Positions 28,435 through 42,366 are shown, counted from the first letter of the stretch. The stretch is 64,000 bases of DNA from Amoebidium appalachense (GCA_963693365.1 CAVNZM010000004.1:6140564-6204563), one strand, 5' to 3'. Translations and numbers: made by a program. The notes: generated from the sequence alone by a model not told the origin.

Positions 28435-28778
28435 CTCTGTGTGTTAGAACAAAAATATACCAAATTTGGCAACTAGAGTTTTGGCACGTACGTGCTATCG
28501 CCCGAACGCAACGCTACCCGTTAGGCTCAATGAGTGCTATGTACTAAGTTACACAAGTACGCGTGGACGTGTGGCCAAACCCACGTGTTTACAAGTTGTG
28601 CACGGCCGAACTTGGGCGTGTTCAAAATATGCGGCCAAGACCTCGGCTGGTGGTGAGCCACATGAGCCGCAAGCCAATGGCATTGCTACAAAAGCTATCG
28701 TTTTTGGTTATTCGGCCACCAAGCTGTCAGAAACCTCGGGAGTCGTTCGATTCGTTCAAATTGCGTCGACGTAGAGCA

Positions 28779-28809
<31 letters not shown>

Positions 28810-29038
28810 AGCCACACACACACAATCGCAACACCACCCACCCACCCTGCCCCTATGGTAGGCAGGATTCAAGCAGGCCTGGGCGAGAATATTGATTTGT
28901 GTGTGCCGCAATGCGCGTACGTGTGTGTGTGTGTTCGGTGTGTGTGTGTGTGTGTGTGTGTGTGGAAAGTTGGTTGCAGTTGGAGGAACCGATATTAGAG
29001 GTTTTTGCTGGACTCGGTTTGGGTTGTGTGCGTGTACT

Positions 29039-29075
<37 letters not shown>

Positions 29076-29723
29076 AGGAAGAGAGAGAAAGAAAAGGGGG
29101 GGGGGGGGGGGGGGGGGGGTGTGCGATCTGAAACATCAGAGCAAAAAGCATTATGATAACTAATATATATATTTGTTTGTGGGGAAAAGAGATCTGAAGT
29201 GATGAAAGGACTCCAAAGAAAGTAAAAACTACTTCCAAACATTCATAGGCACAGAGTTATGCAGTGTAAATGTGTACGCCTATGCCGAGAACATATATAT
29301 GTACTGTAATACTAATTATTTACATGCCAACTGTCCATATATGTACACTACATTTCTATATCTGCAATCACATTCACCCAATCCGGTATCTCGGCAAAAT
29401 TAAAAAACATCATGCTCAAGACCGAAAGCTTTCCAAACAAAAATATAATCATTATGTCGACTACACCTACTAGGCTTAGCCTACATATCAACACATGCAC
29501 GCTAATGATATCAAACCGGGTCTGCCAAAAAAGGTATATGTGAGTCGGGTGATCCATCATAAGCCTCCGGTAACCATAAACCCTCGAGGCCTCGATCAAA
29601 GGATGGATGAAAAAAATAAAAATAAAAAACTCGAAAAACATTAAAAGAAAGGAAAAGAAAATGCCTGGAAATTTTTCAACACCATATGAGATGCACTACA
29701 GGCTGAATGATATCGATTAGGGC

Positions 29724-30018
29724 CTATTTTGGCTGGGGGAACTTGGCGAAAAACGGCTCCTTGAACGGAGTCATGCAGAGAGCCTCTCCAGCAACATTTT
29801 CATCAGCAAGCAGCTTAAGAAATCCCTGTGTGTGTGTGTGTATGAGTGTTTTTTTTTTTTTTTTTTGTTGGGGGGGGGGGGGGGGGGGGGGGGAGGAGGG
29901 GGGGGGGGGGGGGCAAAGGGGAGGAGGTGGGTGGTTAGGTAGGTGGGCTTGGCTTCCAATTTGGGTGGTGAAACACATAGGCTCATAAAGTTGCCAAGAA
30001 TGCCCCCCCCCCCCCCCC

Positions 30019-30068
<50 letters not shown>

Positions 30069-31137
30069 GATCCTAACATAACCTTGCCACTTCTGATCTT
30101 TATCCCCCCCCTCCCCCCCCCCCCCCCCCCCTCCCCTGCCGGCCCACTTCTGAGCTTTATTGCCCCCCCCCCCCCCCCCCCCCTTCCCCTCCCTCCCTCC
30201 CCCCCCTCCCTCCCCCCTCCCCTTCCCCCCCCCCCCCCCCCCTCCCTTCCTCCCCCCCTCCCCCCCTACCCCCCCCACAAACACACACAAACCCACAAAC
30301 ACCACCACCATCACACACACGCACTCACACGCACGCGCGCACACACACACACACATACACACACACCGACACCCCCCCCACCTCCGCCGGCCCAAAACAC
30401 ACACACCCATACATACACAAACACACCGCCCCCCTCCCCTCCCCCCTCCCTTCCGCCTTCCGCCCTCCTCCCTTCTCCCCCCTCCCCCCTCCCCCCCCCC
30501 CCACACACACACCTGAGCAATGTCATCCACCTTGAGCAGGGGCACATCCCCAATGTGTCTGGCCAGCTCTTTGCTTATCCTCGTGCCGCTATGTACCAGT
30601 TCCGTGTCGGTGAAATACGGGCAGACGCAGTTGACTGCCAAACCCCATACAAATCAGTTCATAAACCCCATTTGCACCGCAGTTCATATACTTCAACTCC
30701 ACACGAACATACAGGCAATCCCTCCACCGTTACCTATATTCATTAGAATCATTTCTCTCCCCCCCCCCCCTACCCCCTCAGCCCTGCCGTCCCCACTCAC
30801 CCCATCAGACACGCGCATACACACCCACCCTCTCCAACCTGTCGTCACATAGTGACCTTACACACCAATAACCACCTTTTTTCTTCCACATCACCTGCAT
30901 TGCACCTGACACCACCCAGCATGACCTCCCCCCCCCCCCGCCCCCCTCCCCCGGGGGGGGGGGGGGGGGGGGGGGGGGGCAGGGCCGCCCACCCGCCCAC
31001 CCATCCGCCCGCATGTCGAGTGTCCCTACCATCCCCACAACCACAAACTTGGAAACATGACACATTTTTTTTCAAACAAACCACATAAACATGCACGTAC
31101 GCACACATGGACACGCCCGCACACACGCGCGCGCGCG

Positions 31138-31224
<87 letters not shown>

Positions 31225-31364
31225 CTGATGCCCTCCGTGTCTTTGAGGGGTGCCATTGCCCTCGTAAATGCCACAACAGCACTCTGCCCCACAAACCCTA
31301 AAGTCAGTTTCTCATATAACCTGTCACACCTTGGTGTGCCACTCGTAGAAAAGGTGGTGTGGAG

Positions 31365-31404
<40 letters not shown>

Positions 31405-31670
31405 TGTTCGGGAGGGGGGAGATGGGGGTGGGGGGGGGGGGGGGGGGGGGGGGGGGCTTGAATGCGTCATAAAGTATGAAGTACACAAGATCAACGGATA
31501 ACACGATGCAGAATGCAAACCATACATAAAGAGTATGCATATTAAGCAGAGCCCATCATCGGGGGGGCCCACGTCATCCATAGTACCCGAGTTTCGACCC
31601 ATTCACCTCGTCAACGAATCCCAACTCAGATACTGTTTCACTTGAACATGGGTGGGTCACCCGTCTTGAT

Positions 31671-31710
<40 letters not shown>

Positions 31711-32004
31711 CTGTTGTCACGTTATGAGGGTGGGGTAGGGGTTGCGAGACGTGGGGGGGGGGAGGGAGGGGAGGGGGGGGAAGTAAACATCCGAGGGCAT
31801 GAGGCAAACTTGGTCACACAACTTTACAAAAACAATAACAGCACTCAGAGGCACCAAAAAGGAAGTCCAGGCAAGCATCAGTTGAGCAGAAAAGGGTTCT
31901 TGTCCCACAGGGGGTTCCTTGGGGGAGGGGGGGGGGGGGGGGGGGGAGGGGGGAGGGGAAGGATATTTTTTTCTCTCTCTCTTTTTTTTATTTTTTTTTT
32001 ATTT

Positions 32005-32035
<31 letters not shown>

Positions 32036-32191
32036 GGGGGATGTGTTTTCCTGGGGGGGAGGGGGGAGGGGGGAGGGGGGGGGGAAGGGGCAATAGCCAA
32101 ACAGAATGACACTGGACATAAGTGATCGTATGACAGCGTGAAACACAGGCACCATCTTCTTAAATCTCCATTGCTATCCGGTCATTCTCTC

Positions 32192-32229
<38 letters not shown>

Positions 32230-33837
32230 ATCTTTGCCACACACACACCGTACCCTCCCCCTCCCCCCCCCCCCCCCTCCTCCCCCTCCCCCCTCCCCCC
32301 CCCGAAAAATAATAATGATAACAACAATAAAAGTAGCATATGCCCATATCTCCACACACCCACACACCCGCCCAACCCGACACCAACACCACCCACTCAC
32401 CCACCCACCCACCCACCCACACAAACACAAAAACACCACTATCACCAAAGGATCACCAATATGCGATATTTTTACCTTTGTGGCCGAGTAGACGGGGGCA
32501 TAGGGGACGGGATAGATGCCGGCCATAGAGGCGGTGTTGATGATCGACCCCCCTCGCCTGTTGGACATTCATTCGATCAGATATTCATCTGTAAAAAAAA
32601 AAAAGGTGGGGAGGGGGAGGGGGGGGAAAGGAGGATGTTGCGGGGGGGGGGGAAAAAAGGGGGGGGGGGGGGGGGGGGGGGACCATGCTTGTATTGCTTC
32701 CATACATTCCACACACACACACCAAAATCCTCACACACCCAAAAGTTCCAGACCATATCTACATGCTCTGAAATGTTTAAAAGGTACCATGGTCTTACAT
32801 TCAACTAGTTAACAGTCTATCTTGTGTCCATCCCACACGAACAGGTTCAAAAACATTTGAATGAATATCATCTCCCAAAAAAAAACAAAAAACAAAACAC
32901 AGATACCTAACCAGGCTCAAGCAATCATCTCGTTTACGCATCCGACATTACGCACAACCACCCATATTTCTTGCTCGTGTCCCAAGTTACCCCAACAACC
33001 ACACACACGGTGCCCCAACTATCCCCCAAATACCCCATATCTATCCCATCTTACCCCATACAACCACACACCCATTGTCCAAACTATCTCCAGTCTATCC
33101 CACACCTATCCCAACATACCCCCAAAAACCACACACCCCTTGTCCCGACTATCCCAGAATATATCCCACGTACCCCTTCATGAGCTCCACGGCCTGGTAT
33201 GTGCCCTCTATGACACTGGTCAGGTTCAGGTCCACACACTTGCGCCAGTCCGGCTTGTCCAGTGACCCGGCATTGTTGCACACAATGTCCAACTTGCCTA
33301 GTTTGCGCTCTGCATTCTCCATAGCATCTGTATATAAAAACATTAGATGAAAGAAGAAAAAAGAAAAAATGTATTGATGAACTTGTGTTGGTTTGGGCAG
33401 GGGACACCCGAGGGAAAGGCGGTGTGTGTTTGGGGGGGGGGGGGGGGGGGGGGGGGGGAAGGAGGGGGGTTGGTTATACTTAAGTGGAATACCCAGCCTG
33501 TTAAAATTGCCTTGTGTCCCCACCTCTCTACTCAATAGTCTGTCTTTCTCTCTCTTTCTCTCCCTCCCTCCCTCCCCCCTCCCTCCCCGTGCCCCCCCCC
33601 CCCCCCCCCTCCCTACACACACACATACCCATCCCCTTCCCTCTCCCTATCCTCCAGTCCTCTATGCCTCTCTCTGTCCATCCTCCCCCTCCACCCCCCC
33701 CCCCCCTCAACTCTCAGGCTTTGTCCGTCCCCCCCCCCCCCCCCACACACACACACACACACACCTCCCCCTAAGTTACCCGCCACCCCCCCCCCCTTCT
33801 CTCTGGCATTCCCTCGCAAGTTCTCTTAGAGGGAGAG

Positions 33838-33889
<52 letters not shown>

Positions 33890-34594
33890 GGGGGGGGGGG
33901 CTGAGAGTGGGTAGGTATGTGGGCAGGCCTGGGGAGGGGGGGGGAGGGGGAGGGGGGAGGGGGGGGGGGGGGGGGGCTCAGGCACGCACCAGCCACCTGT
34001 TCTCTATCTGTGGCATCGCAGGTCACAAAGGTCACCTTGTCTGTCCCGTGCTGCTTGGAGAGCTCCTCAAGTGCACGCATACCTGCGTCCTGGTTGATGT
34101 CTGCTAGGCACACCTGCCATCCATGGTCGGGGACACGTTAGGATGCATGAAAGTACACCCAAATCTCAAAAGCGGGAAGGGTGGGAGGTGGGAGAAGGGG
34201 GGGGGGGGGGGGGGGGGGGGGCAGGTGCTTATCCATGCATGCGTGGAGACACGTTAGAATGAACTGAAGTACACCAAAACCAATTGGGAGGGGGGGGGGG
34301 GGGGGGGGTTTAAATGTGTAGGGGGGTTGGAAGGGGAGGGGAGAGGGGGGAGATGTGCGTGTCTGTGTGTGTGTCAGTAAGATGCATGACCAGAAAAAGT
34401 TGCAGTCGTTGGGTATATGAGCACGGGGGGGGGGGGGGGGGGGGGGGGAGTTGGAGGGGGAGCTGGGGGGGGGAGGTGGGGATGGGACCGGCACGCCTGC
34501 GCACCTTTGCCTGTCGGGCGAGGAGGGCACGGGCCACAGCAAGGCCTATGCCGTTAGCGCCTCCTGTTATCAAAGCCACCTTGTTGACAAGCAT
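29724..34594 (-). CDS. Classical short-chain dehydrogenase/reductase, 15-hydroxyprostaglandin dehydrogenase-like, 7 exons
   Basis: [25 protein letters not shown] (TGxxxGIG, 34594-34505) | VCLADIN...FVTCDATD | [11 protein letters not shown]...[17 protein letters not shown] | [26 protein letters not shown] (catalytic Ser and YxxxK) | AVVAFTRAM...GIR | [11 protein letters not shown] | [16 protein letters not shown]...PQPK* (stop at 29724). Confidence 0.93.
31457..31671 (-). repeat. Minus-strand copy of the intronic repeat (second subfamily) in SDR intron 4
   Basis: The reverse complement reads gatcaagacgggtgacccacccatgttcaagtgaaacagtatctgagttggg...gtcgaaactcgggtact...gatgggctctgctt...gcattcaag-Cn and is very similar to 52123-52354. 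Confidence 0.9.
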
Positions 34595-35114
34595 GGTTGC
34601 GTTTGTGGAAAAAATATGAGAAGGCAAAAGGAGTGGTGAGTTGTGGTTTCGAACAACGGGATGTGGTAGGAGTAAGTGTAGGCGCGCGCTTGTTAAGGTA
34701 TGTATACACCCTGCCCTTACAATAATTTACATACACACACACGTAGGAACGTAGTGATGCTCCCTTTTGTTCTTGAATGTAGCTACTCGATTGCTCAATT
34801 TTAGCATGCAACAAGACTTTTGCCAGCTCTCACTGCCTTTGAAGTTTTGTTTGTTGACAGTCCGACGGAATAACGTCACGTTGGCCAATCAAAGGCGCCA
34901 TCAAGAGACCAAAAAAAGCAAAGGCGCCAAACCCAGTGCTCATTTCCCCCTCTCCCCGTCCCGAGCCGTTTGCGCAAACCGTTGAAGCTTTCCCAAGAAA
35001 GGCGGCTTCGACATGGAGGGGCCTCTCTCTGTGTGAAACAAGCGTGCTTGTACAAGTGATGTTACCCAAAAAACAAGAGCATGCTTACAAAAATAATTTT
35101 AATAACGTTGTAGA

Positions 35115-36284
35115 ATGGCAGACCCGGCTGCGGAAGCGCTGAGGCACGCTGAATGGGAAGACAGCCAGCTTGATTCTGAAAGTGTTAGGGTACTTCTTAG
35201 TGATTTGGACCCATCTCTCTGTGAAGAACAAGTTACACTATCACCATATACTGTTAGGAAGGCAAACACGTTTCTAGAGCAGGTTAATGTGCCGAAGAGT
35301 GTGAACGCTGAATTTCAACATGTTAGAGCGGACTCTGATGATGAGGACTTGGATTCGGATTCTAGTGCTGAGTCAGACGTTGAGTCAGGTCACCACAATT
35401 TAGATGGGGGAGGAAACGAAAACACAACTACAAAACCAGCACGGATAAGCAACTCCCAAAAACCGGTTGGGAGGGTGTGCTGTGTTCCCAAATGCAAAGG
35501 GAACTACAACGAAGACAACCGCGTATCCATTTTCTCTTTTCCGAATCCTGACAGCAAACGAATTAAAAGCGACGAAGCAAAAAAGCAGTTACGTATACAG
35601 CTGGAAACATGGAAACGGGTGATTAAACGTGACTGGCCTGCTGCTTTCAATTTCAAAACGGCCGTTGTTTGTGAAAGGCATTTCCATGAAGCGTGCATCA
35701 AAGTTGGCCCGCGTAAAAAGACACTCCGTAGAGGAACAACCCCGACAATATTTCCAGACCAACCACAGCTCCTCAACAGTGCTCACGCAAACATGGCGCG
35801 ACGCCCCGAGCCGAAGGAGAGGAGGGAGGAACAGGCAGAGCGGAGACGTGCGTATGAGAAAGAGCAGGAAATACGTGCTCGGGTTACTATTGCTGGATTG
35901 GTTGAAAGGGCGGCGGAGTTTTGCAGTCTCTACCCAGAGTGGAACGCAAGACTAACACCAGACCGGTCCTCCTTCATTTTCTCGAAAAATGGCCTCGTGT
36001 TTGATTCCACACACCAGGGCTTTGTGCCCGTGGTTTTGGCAGCTATTTTTTTCACGGAATCAGAATCAACTGTCAGTGTGTCTGTTTGTGTTTATGAACA
36101 TACGGTGTGTCCACGCGAGTTGGGTCCCCCTGAGGGCGATATGGATACTCCCGGCACTCAGTTTCCCCTTCCCTCTCCTGTCGTAACCACCACTCGGCGA
36201 GAGGGACCACATGCAAATCCCAAGTGGACCGAAGTATTAGCGTATTTTTCACTCGCGGAAAGTATGCTCGAGCCAACCAGCTAA
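35115..36284 (+). CDS. Intronless THAP zinc-finger protein, 389 aa, with an acidic N-terminal extension and a charged helix after THAP
   Basis: C2CH THAP signature: CCVPKC...IFSFP...W...IKR...VVCERHF...LRRGTTPTIF, followed by a charged helical segment (RREEQAERRRAYEKEQE). The ORF is uninterrupted. Confidence 0.88.
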   Translation: MADPAAEALRHAEWEDSQLDSESVRVLLSDLDPSLCEEQVTLSPYTVRKANTFLEQVNVPKSVNAEFQHVRADSDDEDLDSDSSAESDVESGHHNLDGGGNENTTTKPARISNSQKPVGRVCCVPKCKGNYNEDNRVSIFSFPNPDSKRIKSDEAKKQLRIQLETWKRVIKRDWPAAFNFKTAVVCERHFHEACIKVGPRKKTLRRGTTPTIFPDQPQLLNSAHANMARRPEPKERREEQAERRRAYEKEQEIRARVTIAGLVERAAEFCSLYPEWNARLTPDRSSFIFSKNGLVFDSTHQGFVPVVLAAIFFTESESTVSVSVCVYEHTVCPRELGPPEGDMDTPGTQFPLPSPVVTTTRREGPHANPKWTEVLAYFSLAESMLEPTS

Positions 36285-38171
36285 GAATCCCTTGAATATT
36301 CCCCATCATGTCCCCCCCCCCCCAATGTATAGTTCTCGAATGCTGCATGCATCGATTATGTAGCGACGGTGAAGAAAGGGCCGTGGTTCAAGTGACACAC
36401 TCTGGGGAACAAGACTCGATTGTTAGTATGTAAATATCCAGGCTGTTTGTAGTCTGGCTTCTCTGTTTACTAGATGTACATACATGTATATGAGTCTGCA
36501 AGTTCAGTCACATGATCAAAGTAAACACTATTTTACCAAATACCCTTCCCACCCTTCTCTATTTCCTCCCGTGACAGGAGTACACTGTGGCCTGGAAGTA
36601 ATTATTAACCCTCGTATGCGTCTTAACCCTTCCAGATTGACTTGGCCTGGTTTTCTCATCTTTCTCTATGATGAACATTCGCCCCTCCCCCCCCCCCACC
36701 CCCCTCTCCCCCCCACTCTGGGAAGCAATCGCACTTTTGCCTATTGGCTATATTCACACTCACATATGGATGCAACTTCTTGTGTTGTCTTGTGCACCAC
36801 GGTATTAGTTACATGTGTTATCGTACTGAGTTTCTCCCCCCCCCTCCCCCTCCCGCGCTTCTTCTACCCCTGTGTATGCTTACCACCACCCTGGGGTCAT
36901 GTGATACAACAGAATTGCTAAAAGAATATATGAAAATCGACTCTGCCTTGTGGTGATATTTGTCGTTCTTGCTTTTGTGTTCTTCTTAGTGTTTCTTCTT
37001 GACCTCAATGTGTATCAAATGCTTCCCCCCCCCCCCCCCTTTCCCTCCCCCCCCCCCCCCCTTCCCCCTTCCCCCCCCCACCCACCCCTGTGTATGTGTG
37101 TGTTATTAGGGTGTAGGGCAGAATATGGTTGGAGAGCATGTGATGAGGATGAAGGGAACTCTGCGCACACACTTGCGTGTGTTCGTGCCTACTCTACTCA
37201 TGTGGTCACTAATAACGCCGGCGGCAGGGGGGGGGGGGGGGGGGAGGGGGTCGGTCCACATTGTGTAGCTTCCTCTTGCGTTGTGTAATACAGATCAGTT
37301 AACACTTCAAAACTGTGATTGTGAAGTGTGTTCGTTGGCAGAAGCTGCAATGCATATCCTGTTTTCTGTTTTTGATTTGTTTGTTGTTGTTTTTTTTTGG
37401 GGGGGGGAGGGGGGGGGGGGGGGAGGCAGGAGAGGAGGCGGGGTAGTCATCAATCATATTGAAATGCAACGGATCAAGAAGCATGCAACGAACCCTGGCC
37501 TAAGAGTTTTTTCGTCTTGTTCTCCACCCCCCCCCCCCCCCCCCTCCCCCACCCCCCTCCCCCCGCCCGCCCCCTCTTCCCCCTCCACCCCCCTCCACCC
37601 CACTCTCCTCCTCACCCCCTTCTCCTATTCCTCCCCTCTTCACCCTCTCTTCCTTCCCCCCCCCCTCCCCCCGCCCACCCGCCCGTCTCTGTCCCTTCCT
37701 CCTTCCCCTCCTCCTCCCAGCTAACCTAAATGATAAACAGAAAACTGAGATCTTGAGTGCTCCGTTCGGTAACGGACTTGACCACCTATGTCTCTGGGCA
37801 CCCCAGTCATACATTCAAGTATTTATACTTACGCGCGCGCGCGTGGACGCACCTGCAAACACCCACTGTACACATGTTCCACCAACATTTCAAAGGATGG
37901 GTATAACAGTTATCCTTACCCGGCCTGGGGCTGGTATCCACTAGTCCTGCCCAATTTTCAAAGGCACCCACCATGGCCAACACACCCACCCACAAATGCA
38001 AACACAAGCACGCACGCATATACACGCGTATACTATGTTCTGACATGTCACAGGCTGTGTTCGAACGTTCTTGGCGCAGACTTGTCAACTTATATAGTTA
38101 TAGTCACCGCATAGATATTGAAAAAAGCTTGATGTTTATGGTTAAAGTTTTACACACACACACATACATAC

Positions 38172-38230
<59 letters not shown>

Positions 38231-38385
38231 CTCGCTTTCGCTCTCTCTCTCTTACCACTCACTACCGAGGACCACATGTACATCAGTGCCAATATTGGGC
38301 GGTGGGTGCTGAACTTGGCGAGATACTCTTAAAGGCGTGAACTTCAGCAGCAGATTGGATCTGCTTGGTAAAGGGGGAGGGAGAA

Positions 38386-38421
<36 letters not shown>

Positions 38422-39853
38422 GAAAAGCATTGAGTGGGGTGTAGGTTCTGAAACCACCTCTAAAACGAGACGGTCCGAGTCCTTGGTGGTCTATAACGGC
38501 ACCCAGTCATTCACGCAGATTTGCATTCCGAATCGAGTCCCACAATCAATGTCCTTCGTTCAATATACTATGGGTCACGCATTACATTCCCAGTGGGCGA
38601 CCGCTTAAATTATGTTAATACATGATGCATGCAAACTTGGCACGCAGTGTCTGGCTTTCTCTTTGGAAAGATGGCTCAGGTCGCCCCCGTTTTCATTTGC
38701 AGGGTTTTAGAGAAGCACACACTCACCTGTATATGCAATGCACATGCAACCAAAATCACGGCCTCACCCACATATTTCACTGATTGAACTAAGCTGATCA
38801 ATGCAAACGGCACGATGGTCTGCAGCTGTGCACTTGTTGAACGGTTTGATTTTATCTATGGCTAGTTGGTCAGAGTTGGTATGTTAATATGGTGAATTTA
38901 AACACCTACACTAGCCCCCCCCAGCCCCCCCCCCCCCCCTCCATCCCCCTCCCCCCCCCCCCCCCCCCCTGTGTGGCGAGCGTGATACTTTTCTTCTCTT
39001 GCACAAAATAATGGCTTGCGCTTTGATTCTTGGTATCTAGATCCACCCTTCAAGTCCTGTATCTATCATTTTCCAGCTTTTGTGAAGGGTGAGGGGAGGG
39101 GGAATGATTTGGGGTGGAGCCTCGTGACGGGGAGGCCCCCGTTGGGGGGAGGAGGGGGGGGGGGGGAGAGGGGGGGGGGGGGGGGGGGGGGACGTGTAAA
39201 TGGAGGTGTACACCAGGAGGGCGGAGGAGGAGGAGGGATCAACGGTTGGCTGGCGTAAAGGGGTGGATCCGGAGGAGGGTAAGCTTTGAAAGAATGTGTG
39301 TGTGTGTGTGCGTATGTGTATGTGTGTATGTGTGTTTGGGGGGGGGGAGGGGGGGGGGGGGGGGGGGGGAACAGCTACGTAGGTCGTGGGAGAGGCACCA
39401 GGAGAAGAGGTGTGGGGGGCTGGAACACGTGTTTATTGACTGGGTATCTGTAGCGGTATCGGTGGTGGTGGTGATTTGAATGAAGAGGTATCAGAAGATC
39501 TAGAAGGAAGGCGTTTTTTTTTTTTTTTTTTTTTTTTTTGTGTATGTGTGTGTGTGTGGTGGGGGGAGGGGGGGGGGGGGGGGGGGAGAGGGAGGGGGGA
39601 GGGAGAGGGAGACGGTACATGTAACAGTTAGAGGTTATTGGTGTTTAGGTGGCTTGATGACTGTATCATCACGTCCGTAGGTGAGTGAGTGGGTGTCTGA
39701 GGACCGGGAGGGAGGAGTATGAGAGCTGGGGAAGGGGCATTACGATAAGTCAATGCACAACCCAGGCTACTGGTGGTCATCATGGAGATAAGATGGTTGT
39801 GGTGTGGTGGTGGTCACGGCTGTGTTTGTGTGTGTGTGTGTGTGTGGGGGGGG

Positions 39854-39899
<46 letters not shown>

Positions 39900-40965
39900 G
39901 GGAGGGTTGCCCGACCAAGGACGTATCATGCGGCAGAAAGTGGTAAACTCGCTATGCTTTTTAATTGCAGATTGAAGGATGGCCCATGAGGTAATGGTAC
40001 GTGTTTTGGGGGAGAAGGGGGGAGAGGGAGGGGCCCCGGGGAGGGGGGGGATGGTACGGCATCCACTCATTCACGTGCTGACTAAACCTCAACTGATAAA
40101 GTCCCACAAGCAACGTCCTTCTTTTGACCCACATAAATGAGGGGGAAATGCATTACTTTCGACGTGGGTGACTACTTTAATTGTTTTCAAACTGCATGCA
40201 AACTTGGCATGCAGGCAATTTTCTCCACGTTCAGAGAGAGCGATAGGTCGCCACACAGGAGTCTTCACACTCAATTGAGCAATGCGGGCAGTCCTGTGGC
40301 TATTGTGTAGGCGGTACTGTGGGGTGGTGTTGATGGTGTTGAAATGTTAAGGAAACGGAATAGAGGGGGTGTGGGGGGGGAGTGACCGCTGGGGTGGAGG
40401 CGCCCTTGGGAAGGGGAGGCGGAGGGGGGTAAGATTCAACTGTTACCTACAGGAAGACGGGGAGAAGGGGGGGGGGGGAGGGGGGAGGTGGGGGCTTTGG
40501 GCATCATGATGAATAAATGGACTCAGGTGGGTACTACTATATAGCAGGAAGCAGGAGGGCGGAGAATCCTGAGCTCTGAGGGGAAGAAGAGATAGCGAAT
40601 GTGGCTGTGTGGGTGGGTAGGTGGGTGGGGTGGGGGCAGGGAGGGGAGAACGGGAAGGGGAGGGAGAGGGGGGGGGGGGGGGGGGGGGGACACAGTGCAA
40701 GTCGCGAAGTTTGGCAAGCAGCGAGGGGTAACGACGTGCCCTTCAAAGTAGGTAGTGGGAGAGGCAGCAGGAGATACGCCCGGGGGGGGGGGATGGGACT
40801 GGAACATGTAAAAGATTGAGTGTTGGTGGCGGTGGGTAAGGATGAGATTCTGAATGGAGTGGCCGGAAGGATGGAAGGAAACGGTAAATTGATAGAGCAT
40901 TAGAATGGAAGGGTGATTTATCGTTAACGCTACGGAAGGCTTTAAGACTGTGGGGGGGGGGGGGG

Positions 40966-41001
<36 letters not shown>

Positions 41002-42366
41002 GGGGGGGAGGGGGAGGGGAGGAGGGGGGGGTTCGAGGGGTGGGTGTGGTGAGCAACTGACATTCAAATCTAATTAGATCTTCATGCACAGCACTTGGCC
41101 ACCCAATCTGTATGTATTACAGTTATAGTATATGATAAGTAACATAAAGGACCTCATTCTGGCAATGTAATGCGTAGACTGTGTGAAAAAACATAATATG
41201 ATGTACATGTGACACATCCTGCCCTCGGATCCTCGCTAGACAAATCTCTGCCTGTACATGTTTGGTTTTCCGTTTGCATTGCGTGCACTCCTTACTCATC
41301 AAAGCATGCCATACAGCAGTACTAGCTAGACGGAGGTAAATGAATATGTTTGTTATAAGCACTTCGGTGTCATCATTTGTGCCATACACTAGTCTACTGT
41401 ACACTATTGGTCAGATGCATGTTGGCCATGGCGACATGGATGGCATCCAGGGAAGTTGACGTATGATGTGCACATGGGCAACTAATCTAAAAACAAATTG
41501 CACGCTAGACACTACCCAACATGTAATAGTTTTACTAGGTAGCGGCACTGAATGCAGCAAGTGAAATTCGACGTTTAGCAATATATGCGCGCACTTGAAT
41601 CACGTGCACCGGGCCCGAGCCGTTTGTTTACACGTGACAGTCGTCATCCGCATCTCTGATGGTGCTATGACATCACGTCTCCTAGTTATTTGTGGGTAGA
41701 TTCAGCATACGATGGTTAGCGTCGCTTTAGACTAGTATGTAGGCGATCTGGCCAAGGCCTCCTAAATAGCACACCGGGCCGAGGCACGAGGTCGTCACAT
41801 ATGAGAAGTGACGTCATCAAGAGTAGGGTTAGCTTCCAGCCGAATCCAGCGAAATGATTGGCCCACTGAGGAACGCGCGAAACCCAGTAAAGGCGATTTC
41901 GATTGGATAGAAGATTTTTGACTGCCATTTCGTGATTGGACAATACAGCAAATGGCGGGCTTTTGGTGTTCTTTGTATACTCGGAAAATTGTGGGGTACC
42001 AACATTAAGGATAAGGCAAAACCAACAATATCAGTATCTAGTTTGTTTTAATAGCTTTATGAAATAACAAATACGTCAAAGCGCTCATTTATTTAACATT
42101 TAAATGGTTTATGCCGTTTTTATTGGCGTTTAAAATACAATTTTAGGGAGTTATTTTAAGGAGTTAAGACTTTGAGTTGACGTAAGTAAAATTATTTCAT
42201 CAATCCCCATCGATCTCTCGTTGTGATCTAGGGGGCTGTGTGCCGGCCGCTTGTGTTGCTGCTACACGCGGAAAAGTAACTATTTCTTTGCCACCACTTT
42301 ACGTGAAGTGCTCCTGCATTATATATAAAAAAGGCTGGGCAGTGCCACTTTGGCCACGCTACGCAG

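Noticed and set aside
41123-41404. 93-aa minus-strand ORF with a CxxC
   Set aside because: No recognisable family or splice context, so it was left unannotated as a possible relic.
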